In this document: positions 1 to 10,500 of the stretch, in pieces | How the letters are laid out: each line of letters starts with the position of its first letter | Position numbering within the stretch: position 1 is the stretch's first letter | From: an uncultured virus (IMG/VR IMGVR_UViG_3300009111_000004) | Taxonomy: Duplodnaviria > Heunggongvirae > Uroviricota > Caudoviricetes | Direction: 5' to 3' (one strand) | Virus record (IMG/VR): IMGVR_UViG_3300009111_000004 | Length of the DNA: 64,000 bases | Program-made: the position numbers and the translations under genes | Notes under the pieces: generated by a model | The model's input: the letters and a program-made list of their open reading frames with translations, nothing else | Database searches by the model: none | Told to the model about the DNA's origin: nothing

Positions 1-476
1 TACCAAGATGCGATTTTAAGACCAAGAGTAATTGGCTCAGCATGCATTCCATGAGTACGACCGATCATTGGGGTATGTTGATACTCATAAGATAGGTTCT
101 TAAGTTTACTTAATATCTCTTGAAGATCATTTAAGAGCACCATTCCTGATTCTTTAAGTAATAAAGATAGAGTTGTATCCATCACATCTGATGATGTCAT
201 TCCGTAGTGGATATATCTCATTAGAGGGTGATGAATACTCTCTGAAAGGAAAGCTAGGAAAGCCGTGAATTCATGTTTAGTTTGAGATTCTAATTTTTCA
301 ATTCGTTGTGTGTCTGAATTAGTAATCTCCGGAATAGATGGTAGATCTCCTGTAGGAACAATATCAGCAATCATCATACCCTGCAGTGCACTCAATTCAA
401 TATCCACCCATTTCTGGTATCGGTTAGTAGATGACCAGATTTTGCTCATTATGCCTCTAGTATAACGGTCGATCAA
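1..476 (-). CDS. purB: Adenylosuccinate lyase, N-terminal part (truncated by window edge; not in ORF track)
   Basis: Manual translation from TTG at 476: (M)IDRYTRGIMSKIWS...RYIHYGMTSSDVMDT...TPMIGRTHGMHAEPITLGLKIASW. Carries the HxGxTSSD and GRTHGxHAEP signatures of PurB; start overlaps the upstream stop (TTGA). Confidence 0.93.
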   Translation of the reverse strand, partial: MIDRYTRGIMSKIWSSTNRYQKWVDIELSALQGMMIADIVPTGDLPSIPEITNSDTQRIEKLESQTKHEFTAFLAFLSESIHHPLMRYIHYGMTSSDVMDTTLSLLLKESGMVLLNDLQEILSKLKNLSYEYQHTPMIGRTHGMHAEPITLGLKIASW

Positions 477-1726
477 TTTGTCTCCTCGATATTAACTGAA
501 TTGCAAAGAATGGGCTTAACTGCCTGTACATAATCGTTTAGTAACTCTAAATCTTCGCCACCAGGGACATTTTTGGCTTTGCCCCAGCTTTTTACTAGTA
601 AGTCGAAAATGAATTGTCTCGCAATTTGGCCCATAAAAAATACTAGGAGTGATCGCTTATCTTCGATTTTATTATCTGTTCCGGCCCGCGTTTTAAAGTG
701 TTTGATTAATTCTGACTCTGACTTTGATATACCTAGATAGTGTAGATATAAGTCTTGAGCCTTTTGAGTTAACCATTGGACTGGTAATAGATCTACAGTC
801 ACTAAGTCTGATTTACATAATTCAGTTAGACATGACTGAAAGACCATTTCATCGCGAGTAGATTTCCACTCTTCGGTAACTTGCTTAGTTATTTTAGTGA
901 TTAGTTCAGCATAGGTACTAACGCCATGAATTTTAGCTAGTTCTAAATCGTCTGGTATCTCTCGTTTATAAATTTGATTAACAGTGAGTTGAACCATCCC
1001 CTTTTTTCCACGCATCTCTGGGGTAAATTGTTCATTAAGAGTAATATTAACAACTGTAGTCTCTCCATGAACCATATCAAGAAGAGCCTCGTACATTTCC
1101 GGAATACGGAAGGTTTCTGGACGCATTAACCATTTATTGTCTTCAAAGGTCCCCTGAGCCCATGGTTGTAAATCAATTATAGACTTAGCACTAATAGACA
1201 CTACCATATCCGGCTGAACAGAAGCTCCATCGGCTTCTGGTATAAGAATTACTGCCTGCTCACGTATTTGGGCAAGTTGATTTTGGACTAGATCTTGAAG
1301 GATTTTGTCTGGATGTTTAGGCATCTTAATAGTAAGTGGTGAAGTAATTCCGGGCGGTGATCCTTGTTTCCAGATGACAACTGGCTCAGGGCAAAATCTA
1401 GTATTTAGCGTGTAACTACTAATACCCTCTTCAACTACTATGAAATCAATTAGTAGTGTAGACTTTTTCTGGGCCTTTAAGTGGTCTCTGATTATTTGAG
1501 TAAATACCGGCTGATAGAAGGTTGCTAGTCCACCTGATAGCTTAACTACTCGATCCCGTGGTGGATGACGATATCCACCTTTAGTGGCCGCACGTATTAA
1601 AGTTTCAGGTAGTTTATCCTTATATTGATTCCAATATGCTTGTAATGCTGGCTCAACTATAGCTTTATCTAAAACTAATTCTAATGATTCGACGGTGGTT
1701 TTATGATCGGTAGGTGTGTCTGTCAT
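473..1726 (-). CDS. tig: Trigger factor-like chaperone (divergent)
   Basis: GGYRHPP resembles the GFRxGxxP ribosome-binding loop. FKBP-like middle (DMVVSISAKSIID...IPEMYEALLDMVHGETTVVNITL...GKKGMVQLTV), then REIPDDLELAK..GVSTYAEL typical of the C-domain entry; ~417 aa. ATG at 1726 preferred because a small ORF ends at 1735. Confidence 0.75.
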   Translation of the reverse strand: MTDTPTDHKTTVESLELVLDKAIVEPALQAYWNQYKDKLPETLIRAATKGGYRHPPRDRVVKLSGGLATFYQPVFTQIIRDHLKAQKKSTLLIDFIVVEEGISSYTLNTRFCPEPVVIWKQGSPPGITSPLTIKMPKHPDKILQDLVQNQLAQIREQAVILIPEADGASVQPDMVVSISAKSIIDLQPWAQGTFEDNKWLMRPETFRIPEMYEALLDMVHGETTVVNITLNEQFTPEMRGKKGMVQLTVNQIYKREIPDDLELAKIHGVSTYAELITKITKQVTEEWKSTRDEMVFQSCLTELCKSDLVTVDLLPVQWLTQKAQDLYLHYLGISKSESELIKHFKTRAGTDNKIEDKRSLLVFFMGQIARQFIFDLLVKSWGKAKNVPGGEDLELLNDYVQAVKPILCNSVNIEETN

Positions 1727-1734
1727 AGTGTGTC

Positions 1735-1890
1735 TTATGGTGATGGGGGATATGCATCCCATGAAGGTAAAGTAGTCTGTGCGATAAACTCATCGAAAGT
1801 CATATGGCCCATATGTTCGATCCAGTCAGGATCTTGTTCGGCCCAACAATAATGAAACCAATAACGGAACATATAGTTTAGTTCGGTCAT
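1735..1890 (-). CDS. Small hypothetical protein (51 aa, not in track)
   Basis: MTELNYMFRYWFHYCWAEQDPDW...MTFDEFIAQT; ATGA overlap with upstream stop. Confidence 0.5.
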   Translation of the reverse strand: MTELNYMFRYWFHYCWAEQDPDWIEHMGHMTFDEFIAQTTLPSWDAYPPSP

Positions 1891-2138
1891 ATTTGATCAT
1901 TGATGTTCGTATTTAGACAGATTGGTTTCAGCTCGTACAATAGCACTTTATGAAGTTTACAGGTAAATAGATGATTATATGCTGATTCCCAGACCATATT
2001 CGGAGTACTGTGAATCAGACCTGCCCACTCAGAATATGTTGCATTAAGTTCTTTAAGGGCCATCCACCAGACAAGTGTATCTAAAACTAATTTTTCGTGT
2101 TCAATTGGGTTCCTGAATCTATATTGTTTTTTGCTCAT
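1887..2138 (-). CDS. Hypothetical protein
   Basis: 83-aa ORF with ATGA overlaps at both ends. Confidence 0.55.
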   Translation of the reverse strand: MSKKQYRFRNPIEHEKLVLDTLVWWMALKELNATYSEWAGLIHSTPNMVWESAYNHLFTCKLHKVLLYELKPICLNTNINDQI

Positions 2139-4234
2139 GACTCACTTGTTTGTAATTTACTCATCCCGTTGACTTTAATTACAGTCCATATCTGATCAAA
2201 GTTGATTTGATCTTGAATTTGTGGGTTATGTGTTACAATAATGATAGTACTCTTACCTTTGACTCGCATATGTTCAAGGAAATTGAAAGTAAGTTGAGAG
2301 CTGGCTGTATCCAGATTAGCGATTATCTCATCAAGAAAAAGAGTATTAATCCCAACCCCATGACGATTAGCCAGCTCCCAAAAAGCGCCAATAAATGCCA
2401 ACGTAATTTGTTGTTGCTCCCCTCCACTATATAAGGTAAAGGGAACATCATGTTTTTGCCCCTCACGAACCATGATTTGAATATCAGCAGTAGGCTCACC
2501 ATCAGCTTTCTCACGATATTGAGTTACCCAAATAGATACATTATGGTCGGTAAGAATTAAAACATAATCTCGTAAGACTTGATTTAATTCATCGAGTATG
2601 GTATTAAGTTTCCAAGCCTTAAATCCTTTATCACCAAATAACTTATCTATGGCCTGGCGATATACGATCGCCTCTGAAATTTGCAAGCCACGTGCCGCTG
2701 ATTGCTGAATAATTTTCCGATGGGCGTCGTGCTTTTTCTGCTGTTCGTGCCATATTCGGGTCTTGTCCTCGTATCGCGCTTTTTCTGATAAAAAGGAAAG
2801 GCGCGTCTGGGCCTGTTGATCGATGCGATGTTGCGGGCTATCGCCCGATTTCACCTTCTCATTACGCAATCTTTCAATTTCCTGATTTAATTGATAAACG
2901 TCGACTACTAATTGGTTTATTTGATGATCAATAATACTTTTATTGGCAGAATACTCTACACTTAATTTATCGAGATCGTTTTTAATCCTCTTTTCTTCAT
3001 CTTGATTAAGTAAGATAAGTTTTTCAGTGAGTAGCTTAACTTTCTCTTCCTGTTCCTTAATCTCTATTTGAAGTAGATTTCGATGTCGATTTAGGTGTTC
3101 GATGGTTATTGTAGAGCGGCATCGTGGACATTTACCCGCTCCGGTTAATAATTGTTCTAAATCGAATCGCCGAGCCTGAGCTACCCCTCGATATTCAGCA
3201 ATTTTAGTTTCTAAATTTACTAATTCAATATTTCTAGGGTGATCTTGTATTACTCTACAATCATCAATATATTTTTTAGTCAAAGATTCTAAAGGTTCTT
3301 GTAATTGTTGTTGAAGTATGGTTTTTTGACGGATTATCTGTGTATATATATTAATTTCCTGCTCTAGTATTATTAGTTTCTTATCCCATTCGCATTTTTC
3401 AACGCTGAGTCTAGCAATACTATCGTCACATGTGTCAATTTTTACTTTTAAATCATTAATTTGTGTTTGCCACTCTATTAATTTTTTAGGATCTTGTGCT
3501 TCTAATATAGTTCCACTGGTTCTGAGACCTATCAATTGTGCGTCAACTTTATCTTGTTCAGTTTCTAAGGTATGAATATCTTCTCGTACTTGTTCTACAC
3601 GTTTAGTCCAAACGTGTAGATTGGCGAGATCGGTAAGGACTTCTAGTCGTTCTTTATGGGTGCCTCGAATAAATTTAAGGCTTTGACGTTGTGCCATGTA
3701 TCCTATATTAATGAATTGATCATAATTTAGGCGTAAAATCTCTGTAATTTTACGACGGGTAGCTTTTAGATCCAAACGATAAACACCGCTTTCGGAATTA
3801 GTGTTCCGTTCATCTTTCCAGGTAGATCCGTCCCATCGTTCTAAATATACATCAGTACCGCTATAATACGATCCCTGACTATGCAATTCAGAAGGTTCAT
3901 CATAGTCATCCGGACATTTATCTGTTTTTCGCCATTTCTTAGTGTCTGTAATGCGCCATTTTTGTCCATCGTCGTCTAAGAAAATAATTCGTCCGAATGC
4001 TCTCCCTAAAAATTCATTAATGATTGCTTCGCCTATTTCTCCACTAGGGTTTTTGCCAAAAAGTATCTGGCAAATTGCATTGAAAAAAGATGATTTTCCA
4101 GCTCCGTTACTAGTTGATCCGCGGTCTTGATTGAAGCCATTTAGTAAACATAATCCTTGATTATTCAAAGGGATATTATGATGTACACCATAGCTAAAGA
4201 ATCCTGTTGGATTACAAGAGAGGAGTTGCGGCAT
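2135..4234 (-). CDS. sbcC: SbcC/Rad50/gp46-like SMC ATPase
   Basis: Walker A NGAGKS, coiled coil with CPRC zinc hook, YSGGE signature, LFLDE Walker B, VTH loop. Confidence 0.95.
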   Translation of the reverse strand: MPQLLSCNPTGFFSYGVHHNIPLNNQGLCLLNGFNQDRGSTSNGAGKSSFFNAICQILFGKNPSGEIGEAIINEFLGRAFGRIIFLDDDGQKWRITDTKKWRKTDKCPDDYDEPSELHSQGSYYSGTDVYLERWDGSTWKDERNTNSESGVYRLDLKATRRKITEILRLNYDQFINIGYMAQRQSLKFIRGTHKERLEVLTDLANLHVWTKRVEQVREDIHTLETEQDKVDAQLIGLRTSGTILEAQDPKKLIEWQTQINDLKVKIDTCDDSIARLSVEKCEWDKKLIILEQEINIYTQIIRQKTILQQQLQEPLESLTKKYIDDCRVIQDHPRNIELVNLETKIAEYRGVAQARRFDLEQLLTGAGKCPRCRSTITIEHLNRHRNLLQIEIKEQEEKVKLLTEKLILLNQDEEKRIKNDLDKLSVEYSANKSIIDHQINQLVVDVYQLNQEIERLRNEKVKSGDSPQHRIDQQAQTRLSFLSEKARYEDKTRIWHEQQKKHDAHRKIIQQSAARGLQISEAIVYRQAIDKLFGDKGFKAWKLNTILDELNQVLRDYVLILTDHNVSIWVTQYREKADGEPTADIQIMVREGQKHDVPFTLYSGGEQQQITLAFIGAFWELANRHGVGINTLFLDEIIANLDTASSQLTFNFLEHMRVKGKSTIIIVTHNPQIQDQINFDQIWTVIKVNGMSKLQTSES
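2682..2697 (-). promoter_or_regulatory. sigma54-type -24/-12 motif inside sbcC
   Basis: CGGCACG-TGGC-TTGCA on minus strand vs consensus TGGCACG-N4-TTGCW. Confidence 0.55.
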
Positions 4235-5342
4235 TGTTAATATAACCCAGACCTAAATTTTCTAGTTTTTCTAAATCTAATCCCTTGGCGAGTACAGGCC
4301 CTTGCAATACAAGATAGTCTCGCCATTCATCAGCTTCAGTTCGACGTTCTGGTTTAATAGATGTTGTTAGCTGAATGTCAAAATCCAAACGAATTCGTAC
4401 TACTCGTGCCCTAGTCTCTTCCTTAATTTTGTTTTCCCAGTCATGTGGAATAATTCCATCGAGACTTTTTGAGGTTCCTGATAGATGCAGTTGTACTAAA
4501 TTATCTTTCCATTTGGATCGGTTAATAGTAATTAATTTGATTAAGTCTTCTATTTCATTAATACGAGTATGATGAATAAGGAATTGGGGTGCATGTGATA
4601 AAATGTGACATACCTGGATTTGTTTGATCGGAGTTCTAGAGAGAGTAATTAAACAGAATCCGCGTGGGCTTCCGACATCTCCCCAGTTATGTTGCATCGG
4701 AGCACCAATATAGTATCCGGTAGTATTTTTTAAAGGTAGTTTCTGATGTTTATGATTATCTCCGCCCAAAACTAAGTCAAATTCAGGATAGTCAATCATA
4801 TGATGGCTAATTCCATCTTTAACTGGAGTCTTGTTTTCAAAAGTACTTCCAATAATCATCCCATGGAAAATACAAATATTCCAAGGAATTGATTTATCAA
4901 AGGTAAATTTAGGGATTTCGTGCTCGGCCGGGATAGCGTGTATAGCAATTGGTGTTCCATGTTTTGATGGGACCACCTGGGTCCGAACAGTATCTATGAC
5001 TGTTAGATGTTTTAAGTCTGAGTTATAAAGATTAATATGAGACATCGAATGTCCATTGTGGGCATTCTTAAACCAATAATCATGGTTACCTGATAGTAAA
5101 ATACCAGGAATGCCTAAATCAGATTTCCTTTTAAGGGCGCGATCTGCGCGTTGTCTAGTGATGTCCAATGGGTTACGAGAAACAAAGCGATCACCAAGGA
5201 ATAACCAAAAGTCTACTTGGTGTTGAAGAAGCAGTTGGTATGCTTCTTCTTCAACTGCTTCAACATCATCTCCATTGATTCCATCTTTATATTCATGATG
5301 ATGAATATCTGAATAAGCTAGAAATGAGATAGAATCGTTCAT
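4212..5342 (-). CDS. sbcD: SbcD/Mre11/gp47-like nuclease
   Basis: SDIH, LGD, GNHD, HG, GDNH metallophosphoesterase motifs; adjacent to SbcC. Confidence 0.92.
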   Translation of the reverse strand: MNDSISFLAYSDIHHHEYKDGINGDDVEAVEEEAYQLLLQHQVDFWLFLGDRFVSRNPLDITRQRADRALKRKSDLGIPGILLSGNHDYWFKNAHNGHSMSHINLYNSDLKHLTVIDTVRTQVVPSKHGTPIAIHAIPAEHEIPKFTFDKSIPWNICIFHGMIIGSTFENKTPVKDGISHHMIDYPEFDLVLGGDNHKHQKLPLKNTTGYYIGAPMQHNWGDVGSPRGFCLITLSRTPIKQIQVCHILSHAPQFLIHHTRINEIEDLIKLITINRSKWKDNLVQLHLSGTSKSLDGIIPHDWENKIKEETRARVVRIRLDFDIQLTTSIKPERRTEADEWRDYLVLQGPVLAKGLDLEKLENLGLGYINNAATPLL

Positions 5343-5343
5343 A

Positions 5344-6324
5344 TTAATCCCACTTATTTAAATGGAATAGTAACTTCTCTACGACATGTGGTGGATAATC
5401 AATAAGTTTTTGCCAAATTTCGGTTCTAGACAGATGATCGTATTGACCTGATCCTTCTAGAACATCATAGAGGATCTGATCCTCTGAACTCCATCGTTTC
5501 TTCTGAATTAGTTGTGGGCACTGCTGCTCATATCGATTTGAAAGGAACTTTCGATATTGTTTCCACCCACGTAAGTTACCACATCGTTCAATGGTTGATA
5601 ATGGGTATGCTGCATGTTCAAAAGGACTCATATGTCCTGAAGCCAATAATTCATCGTGTCGTTGAACGTCTCGAACTTGATCTACAACTCCTTCATGGGT
5701 TTTATATGAAACTCGTGCACATCTAGCTGTAGTAAACTTGACCAGGGATTTGATTGGAAATGATCGTCTTTCTTCGTCTGTCACGTATGGTAGGTGCCAC
5801 CAATCCCCTGGTATAGACTTAGGTTCACAAGCATTTAATTGATACAACATCTCTTTAGCTAGAGCGACAAATTCTGGTTGAGCAGCATTATCAGTACGTA
5901 AATTGAAAAAATTATCCCAATCAGTAGCAGTGATAATACTGCTAATTAGCTGGAATGGTTCAGTGACTCGATTAGTGTATTCTTTATGTAAGCCAAGATT
6001 ATTAAGATTTTGAGCATGTCGGAGAGCATCGTCCCTCGCTGATAACCACTCCTGCTCCGCTGCGTCTCGGGCTTGCCCAATCAATTCAGAATTAGCCATC
6101 ATCCCCCTTTCATTCTGACCCCAAAATAGAGGCTTGGCTGGATTATCTTTAATCTGATTAATAACTTTCTGTATTGGCAAAGCTCTAGAACTAGCTGCCC
6201 CACGAGAGAAAACTCGATGAGTCATAACCTCCGCATGAATAAATCGTGGGTATACCAGAGAGAAAGTGGTTAGCCGGATTTCATTGGGAGGCAAACTGTC
6301 TTCGATAATCTTGACAGTAATCAT
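5344..6324 (-). CDS. thyX: FAD-dependent thymidylate synthase (phage type)
   Basis: RFIHAEVMTHRVFSRGAASSRA, WDNFFNLR, CARVSY, GHMSPFEH. Confidence 0.9.
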   Translation of the reverse strand: MITVKIIEDSLPPNEIRLTTFSLVYPRFIHAEVMTHRVFSRGAASSRALPIQKVINQIKDNPAKPLFWGQNERGMMANSELIGQARDAAEQEWLSARDDALRHAQNLNNLGLHKEYTNRVTEPFQLISSIITATDWDNFFNLRTDNAAQPEFVALAKEMLYQLNACEPKSIPGDWWHLPYVTDEERRSFPIKSLVKFTTARCARVSYKTHEGVVDQVRDVQRHDELLASGHMSPFEHAAYPLSTIERCGNLRGWKQYRKFLSNRYEQQCPQLIQKKRWSSEDQILYDVLEGSGQYDHLSRTEIWQKLIDYPPHVVEKLLFHLNKWD

Positions 6325-6519
6325 CTATTTATTTTTCTTTTTAGAATGTACTTCTTTCCAATGTAAGGTACAATCCATTGCCTGCCATAAGGCTGCTCGT
6401 AAACCATTTCCACCGTCCTCAATTAATCTCTCCATAATATGTGCCGCATACCAACTATGTAAATCTTGTAAAGTTGACTTTTCGTAATTGAAACATCCGT
6501 CTTTATTGAATTGCATCAT
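6325..6519 (-). CDS. Hypothetical protein
   Basis: 64-aa ORF abutting thyX. Confidence 0.5.
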   Translation of the reverse strand: MMQFNKDGCFNYEKSTLQDLHSWYAAHIMERLIEDGGNGLRAALWQAMDCTLHWKEVHSKKKNK

Positions 6520-6684
6520 AAGATTGCCTTAGTTTTAGTATGTAAATCTATAGCTAACAGTGGATATTTAGTCTTGTATGTTAGCATAGGTTTCGATGGG
6601 AAATTAGTCGTAGTTCGTATCTAATACAAAATGATCACAAATGGTATGCTTACCTATTTCATCGTTTAATCGTGTATAGAATTA

Positions 6685-6933
6685 TTATCCACGTTTGGAT
6701 CCTACCCATTTGATTGCATCTTCTATGTCTAGTTTATACTCTGCAGCAATACTGAATAGAACGAATAGAGTATCTGCTAATTCTTTCTGAGGATCGCCTT
6801 TCTTTCCACGAAGCGATTCAATAAATTCTGATGCTTCTAGATGTAGATAACACCCACCATGGCTCCAGTCTCTTTTCCATCCTTTAATCTTAGAGTATTC
6901 CAATGCTCGCCGCGCAGCTACATTAGCATTCAT
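6685..6933 (-). CDS. MazG-like nucleotide pyrophosphohydrolase (single domain)
   Basis: ExxE...ExxD pattern: LEASEFIE...KELADTLFVL. Confidence 0.85.
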   Translation of the reverse strand: MNANVAARRALEYSKIKGWKRDWSHGGCYLHLEASEFIESLRGKKGDPQKELADTLFVLFSIAAEYKLDIEDAIKWVGSKRG

Positions 6934-7172
6934 CTTAGTATACCAAGTTTCATTTTGATTTGATTAAGAGGTTTAGTAGTGTATGTTTCACAGAATGGGC
7001 ATTCTAGGACTGCTTCTGATCCATTCAATTCCATCTTAATAAATAGATAGCGATTTCCAAATGCACATTGTGGGCAATGTTCACCAGTAGCAGCTACATA
7101 TTTTTTACCATTGACTATGATTAATTTTTCGTCACCGGGACGTGGTAGTTCTTGGAATTCGTAGGTAGCCAT
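6930..7172 (-). CDS. Zinc-ribbon protein
   Basis: CPQC...CPFC. Confidence 0.6.
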   Translation of the reverse strand: MATYEFQELPRPGDEKLIIVNGKKYVAATGEHCPQCAFGNRYLFIKMELNGSEAVLECPFCETYTTKPLNQIKMKLGILR

Positions 7173-7519
7173 TAATCTTCCTTTAGGTTAAAATGTTTAG
7201 TCATGTTTCGATAAGGCTTACTGGCTTCAATGTTTTTAAGTAGTATATTGACCATTCGACTTGTTTCAGTCATAGTTGGTATTAATGTAGATATATTAGT
7301 GCGCACTATCCCATCATCGATTCTAGATAGTTGTTCGGACATAAACTGACAATTGTCGAGGGCAACTAAATACTGACGTAGACGACGAACTACGTCCAAT
7401 AATTCTGCATCGGAAATTGACTGCATTGCTTCTATCACAGAATTAGATGGCAAGGGCATAATTTGCTCTCCCGCAAGAACGGAGGGCGCTATAATCCTCC
7501 GGACGTAAATAGGTAACAC
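7172..7519 (-). CDS. Hypothetical protein
   Basis: ORF between dnaE and the zinc-ribbon gene; true start probably near 7459. Confidence 0.5.
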   Translation of the reverse strand: MLPIYVRRIIAPSVLAGEQIMPLPSNSVIEAMQSISDAELLDVVRRLRQYLVALDNCQFMSEQLSRIDDGIVRTNISTLIPTMTETSRMVNILLKNIEASKPYRNMTKHFNLKED

Positions 7520-10500
7520 TACTTAATATAACTAGGCATCCTTGATGTAGAATTGGTTCAGAAACCGTACCAGTAGCATTTAATATAGTCATAATGCGAT
7601 TAGCTGTAGGGACATCTTGAGCATAAAAACTGCTTATAGGAATACCATTTTTGGCTAAGATTGGAAATACTGCAGATACATTTAATTGATTGTCACCTGG
7701 TCGGAATTTATCTTCTTTAACTTGTCCCACTAAGAAGGCCAGTTGGTTATCTAATAATTGTGTGTTGGCCCGCGTAGCTAGTGGACTCCAGATATTGATC
7801 ATGTGTCCATCTATATGGTCGGCGATTCGTAGCTGTAGAAAAGGATCATTGTTTTTGGTGGTCTTCATCGTACGTTGTTCAACTACCCCAAATAAAATAG
7901 CACGGGTGCCCGGCATTTGATCATTGAGTTGACTCGGGGTAATGAAGTTGATATTCGGAAATAGCCCAAGTAGAGGTTGGTATTGCATTACCGGATGCGA
8001 AGATATATAGAAATTGAGTACACCCTTCTCTAGTTCTAGTCTCTCAGTTTCTAGATAATCTATCGGCCATGGGGTTATAACCTTTAGCACTTCAGTTCTA
8101 ATGTCTGTTAATGATAATTTATTTTGGAATTTCTTAATTAATCTTTGGATAACTTCAGTGTTTTCAACCTTACTTTTTTGATTGATAGATGGATCCCAAT
8201 TGAATGCTCCTGCTTTTACCAAATTTTCTTTAGTGAGCTTAGTTACCTTACTATAGGGAGCCATACGAATACAAAAGTCCAAATAATCAACATATGGCCC
8301 ATTCTTAACTCGTTCTTTTAAGATTGGTTCTACCGCTGCCTCTCCAAGTTGCCTAATTGAATAAAGGCCCATATATATGTTTTTACCATCTGTATGAAAG
8401 TAAGATTGCGAATTATTGATATGAGGTGGCTGTAACTTCACACCTTTTTGGAGTATAGACGATAAAAGGATTTTGAGCTGATCTGAATCGTCTAGATTAA
8501 CATTTAATAAGGTAGTATAGTATTCGGTTGGATAGTGAGTCTCCAACCATGCAGTCACATAAGATATAAAACTATATCCTACTGAATGACCTCGATTCCA
8601 ATTGTAGCGGGCCGACCCAGCAAGACGTCTGGTTACATCATCCATGAATTCTTTTGAATATCCATTTTGGATGCCACGTTGAACTAATTTTTCTTGCACA
8701 GCTTTAAATTTAATAGCGTCCTTTTTTCCGATAGCAGCCCGATATTCATCTGCCTCCTCGTCGTTGAAGCCGCCAAGGATTTTTGATAACTCCATGATTT
8801 GTTCCTGATAAAGAGCGATACCGAAAGTATCGGCAAATATCTTATCTAGATTAGTATGCCAACTAGTGACTGGTTCTCGTCCGTGTCTACGTTCAATGTA
8901 GTCATCTACCATACTTTTACCATTTGAACCAGAACCGGGTAGCAGAGGACCAGGTCGGTAAAGTGCATTTAGAGCTACTAAGTGGTTGAAGCACTCTGGT
9001 CTTAATGCTTTGGTCGTAGCCCGGATGCCAGGACTATCGTATTGGAAGACTGAAACAAATTTAGTTTCGGCTACGGTGGTATAAGTTGCGGCATCATTTA
9101 ATGAGATACATTGATAGTCATCAATGACTTGTCCATAACGCTCATTAACTAAATTTATGGTTTTTTGAATTAAGTCGAGAGTACGTAGACCTAACATGTC
9201 TAGTTTTAATAGACCTAATTCTCCTAGATCACGCATATCATATTGTGTGACTAGATGGCCGTCTTTAGAATCTCGTAGAAGAGGTACATGGTTGATAATG
9301 GGATCATTAGAGATTACAATTCCTGCTGCATGTTCGCCAAGGTTTCTATTATTTCCCTCTAGACGTTTAGCAACGTCGATCCAATCTGGGGTCTGAGCCA
9401 TTAATTCGCGAGCAGTCTTATTTCCATCTAATACTTCTTCTAGGCGATCATCTTTTGAGAGATCACCTAATAATTTACCTAGACTTTTTCGTACCGCAGA
9501 TGGAACTCCTAACCCTCGTCCAACATCATCAGCTGCACCTTTAGCTGCCATTGACTGGAAGGTAACAATCTGGGCAACCCGGTCCTTTCCATATTTATCT
9601 ACAATATATTCGATTACTTCTTTACGGCGTTCCTTAGAAATATCTGTATCAATATCTGGTAGATCTTTACGGCCTTCATTAATGAATCGACTGAAAGGTA
9701 GATTATGTTCAATAGGATCAAGTCCAGTAATATACGTACAATAGCACACTAATGATCCCATAGAGGATCCTCGGCCAATTGGCTTGATTATACCACGTTT
9801 CCCCATGGCATCTACAATGTCAGCAATGATTAAGAAATAAGAAGAAAAGTCTTTTCTTCTAATCATGTTTAATTCGAATTCTAGACGTTCTCGGTGAAGT
9901 TTACTCTCTCCTAGTCCACGAGTACAAAGACCTTGGAAGGTTTTAAAATAGAGAAGTTCATGGCAGGTCTCGTTATCGATAACATTTCCAAGCTCATCTC
10001 GATAGCTTGGAATAATTGATTTCTTAGTCTTAGAGACTAGAGAAAATCCATAATCGTCTACACGTTGTGCGATATTTAGAGTAGTGGTTAGAGCATGTTC
10101 AGGAATACATGCAGTTTCTGCGGTTGTATACATTTCTTGTGGGCTCTTGAACCAATATCCACTACCAGGAAATGTCCATCTTTCAGCACTTTGGATATTT
10201 TTACCTGTCCCGATGGCAAGTATTACCTCATGAGCTAGTGAGTCACTTTGTTCAGTATAATGGGAGTCGCCCGTCATTACGATTCCAATGCCCCGTATTT
10301 TTCCAAAGTCAATCAGGGCGTTTCGAACAATCTCCTCTTCTTCTATATTATGATCCATTACTTCCAGATAAAAATCCTCTCCGAAGAGATTGCGCATTCG
10401 ATCGATCTCTTCTAAAGCTTTGGCTTGATTGCCAGCTACAATTAATCGTGAAGTACGAGAGGCAAGACACCCGGAAAGGACAATAAGTCCGTCTTTATAT

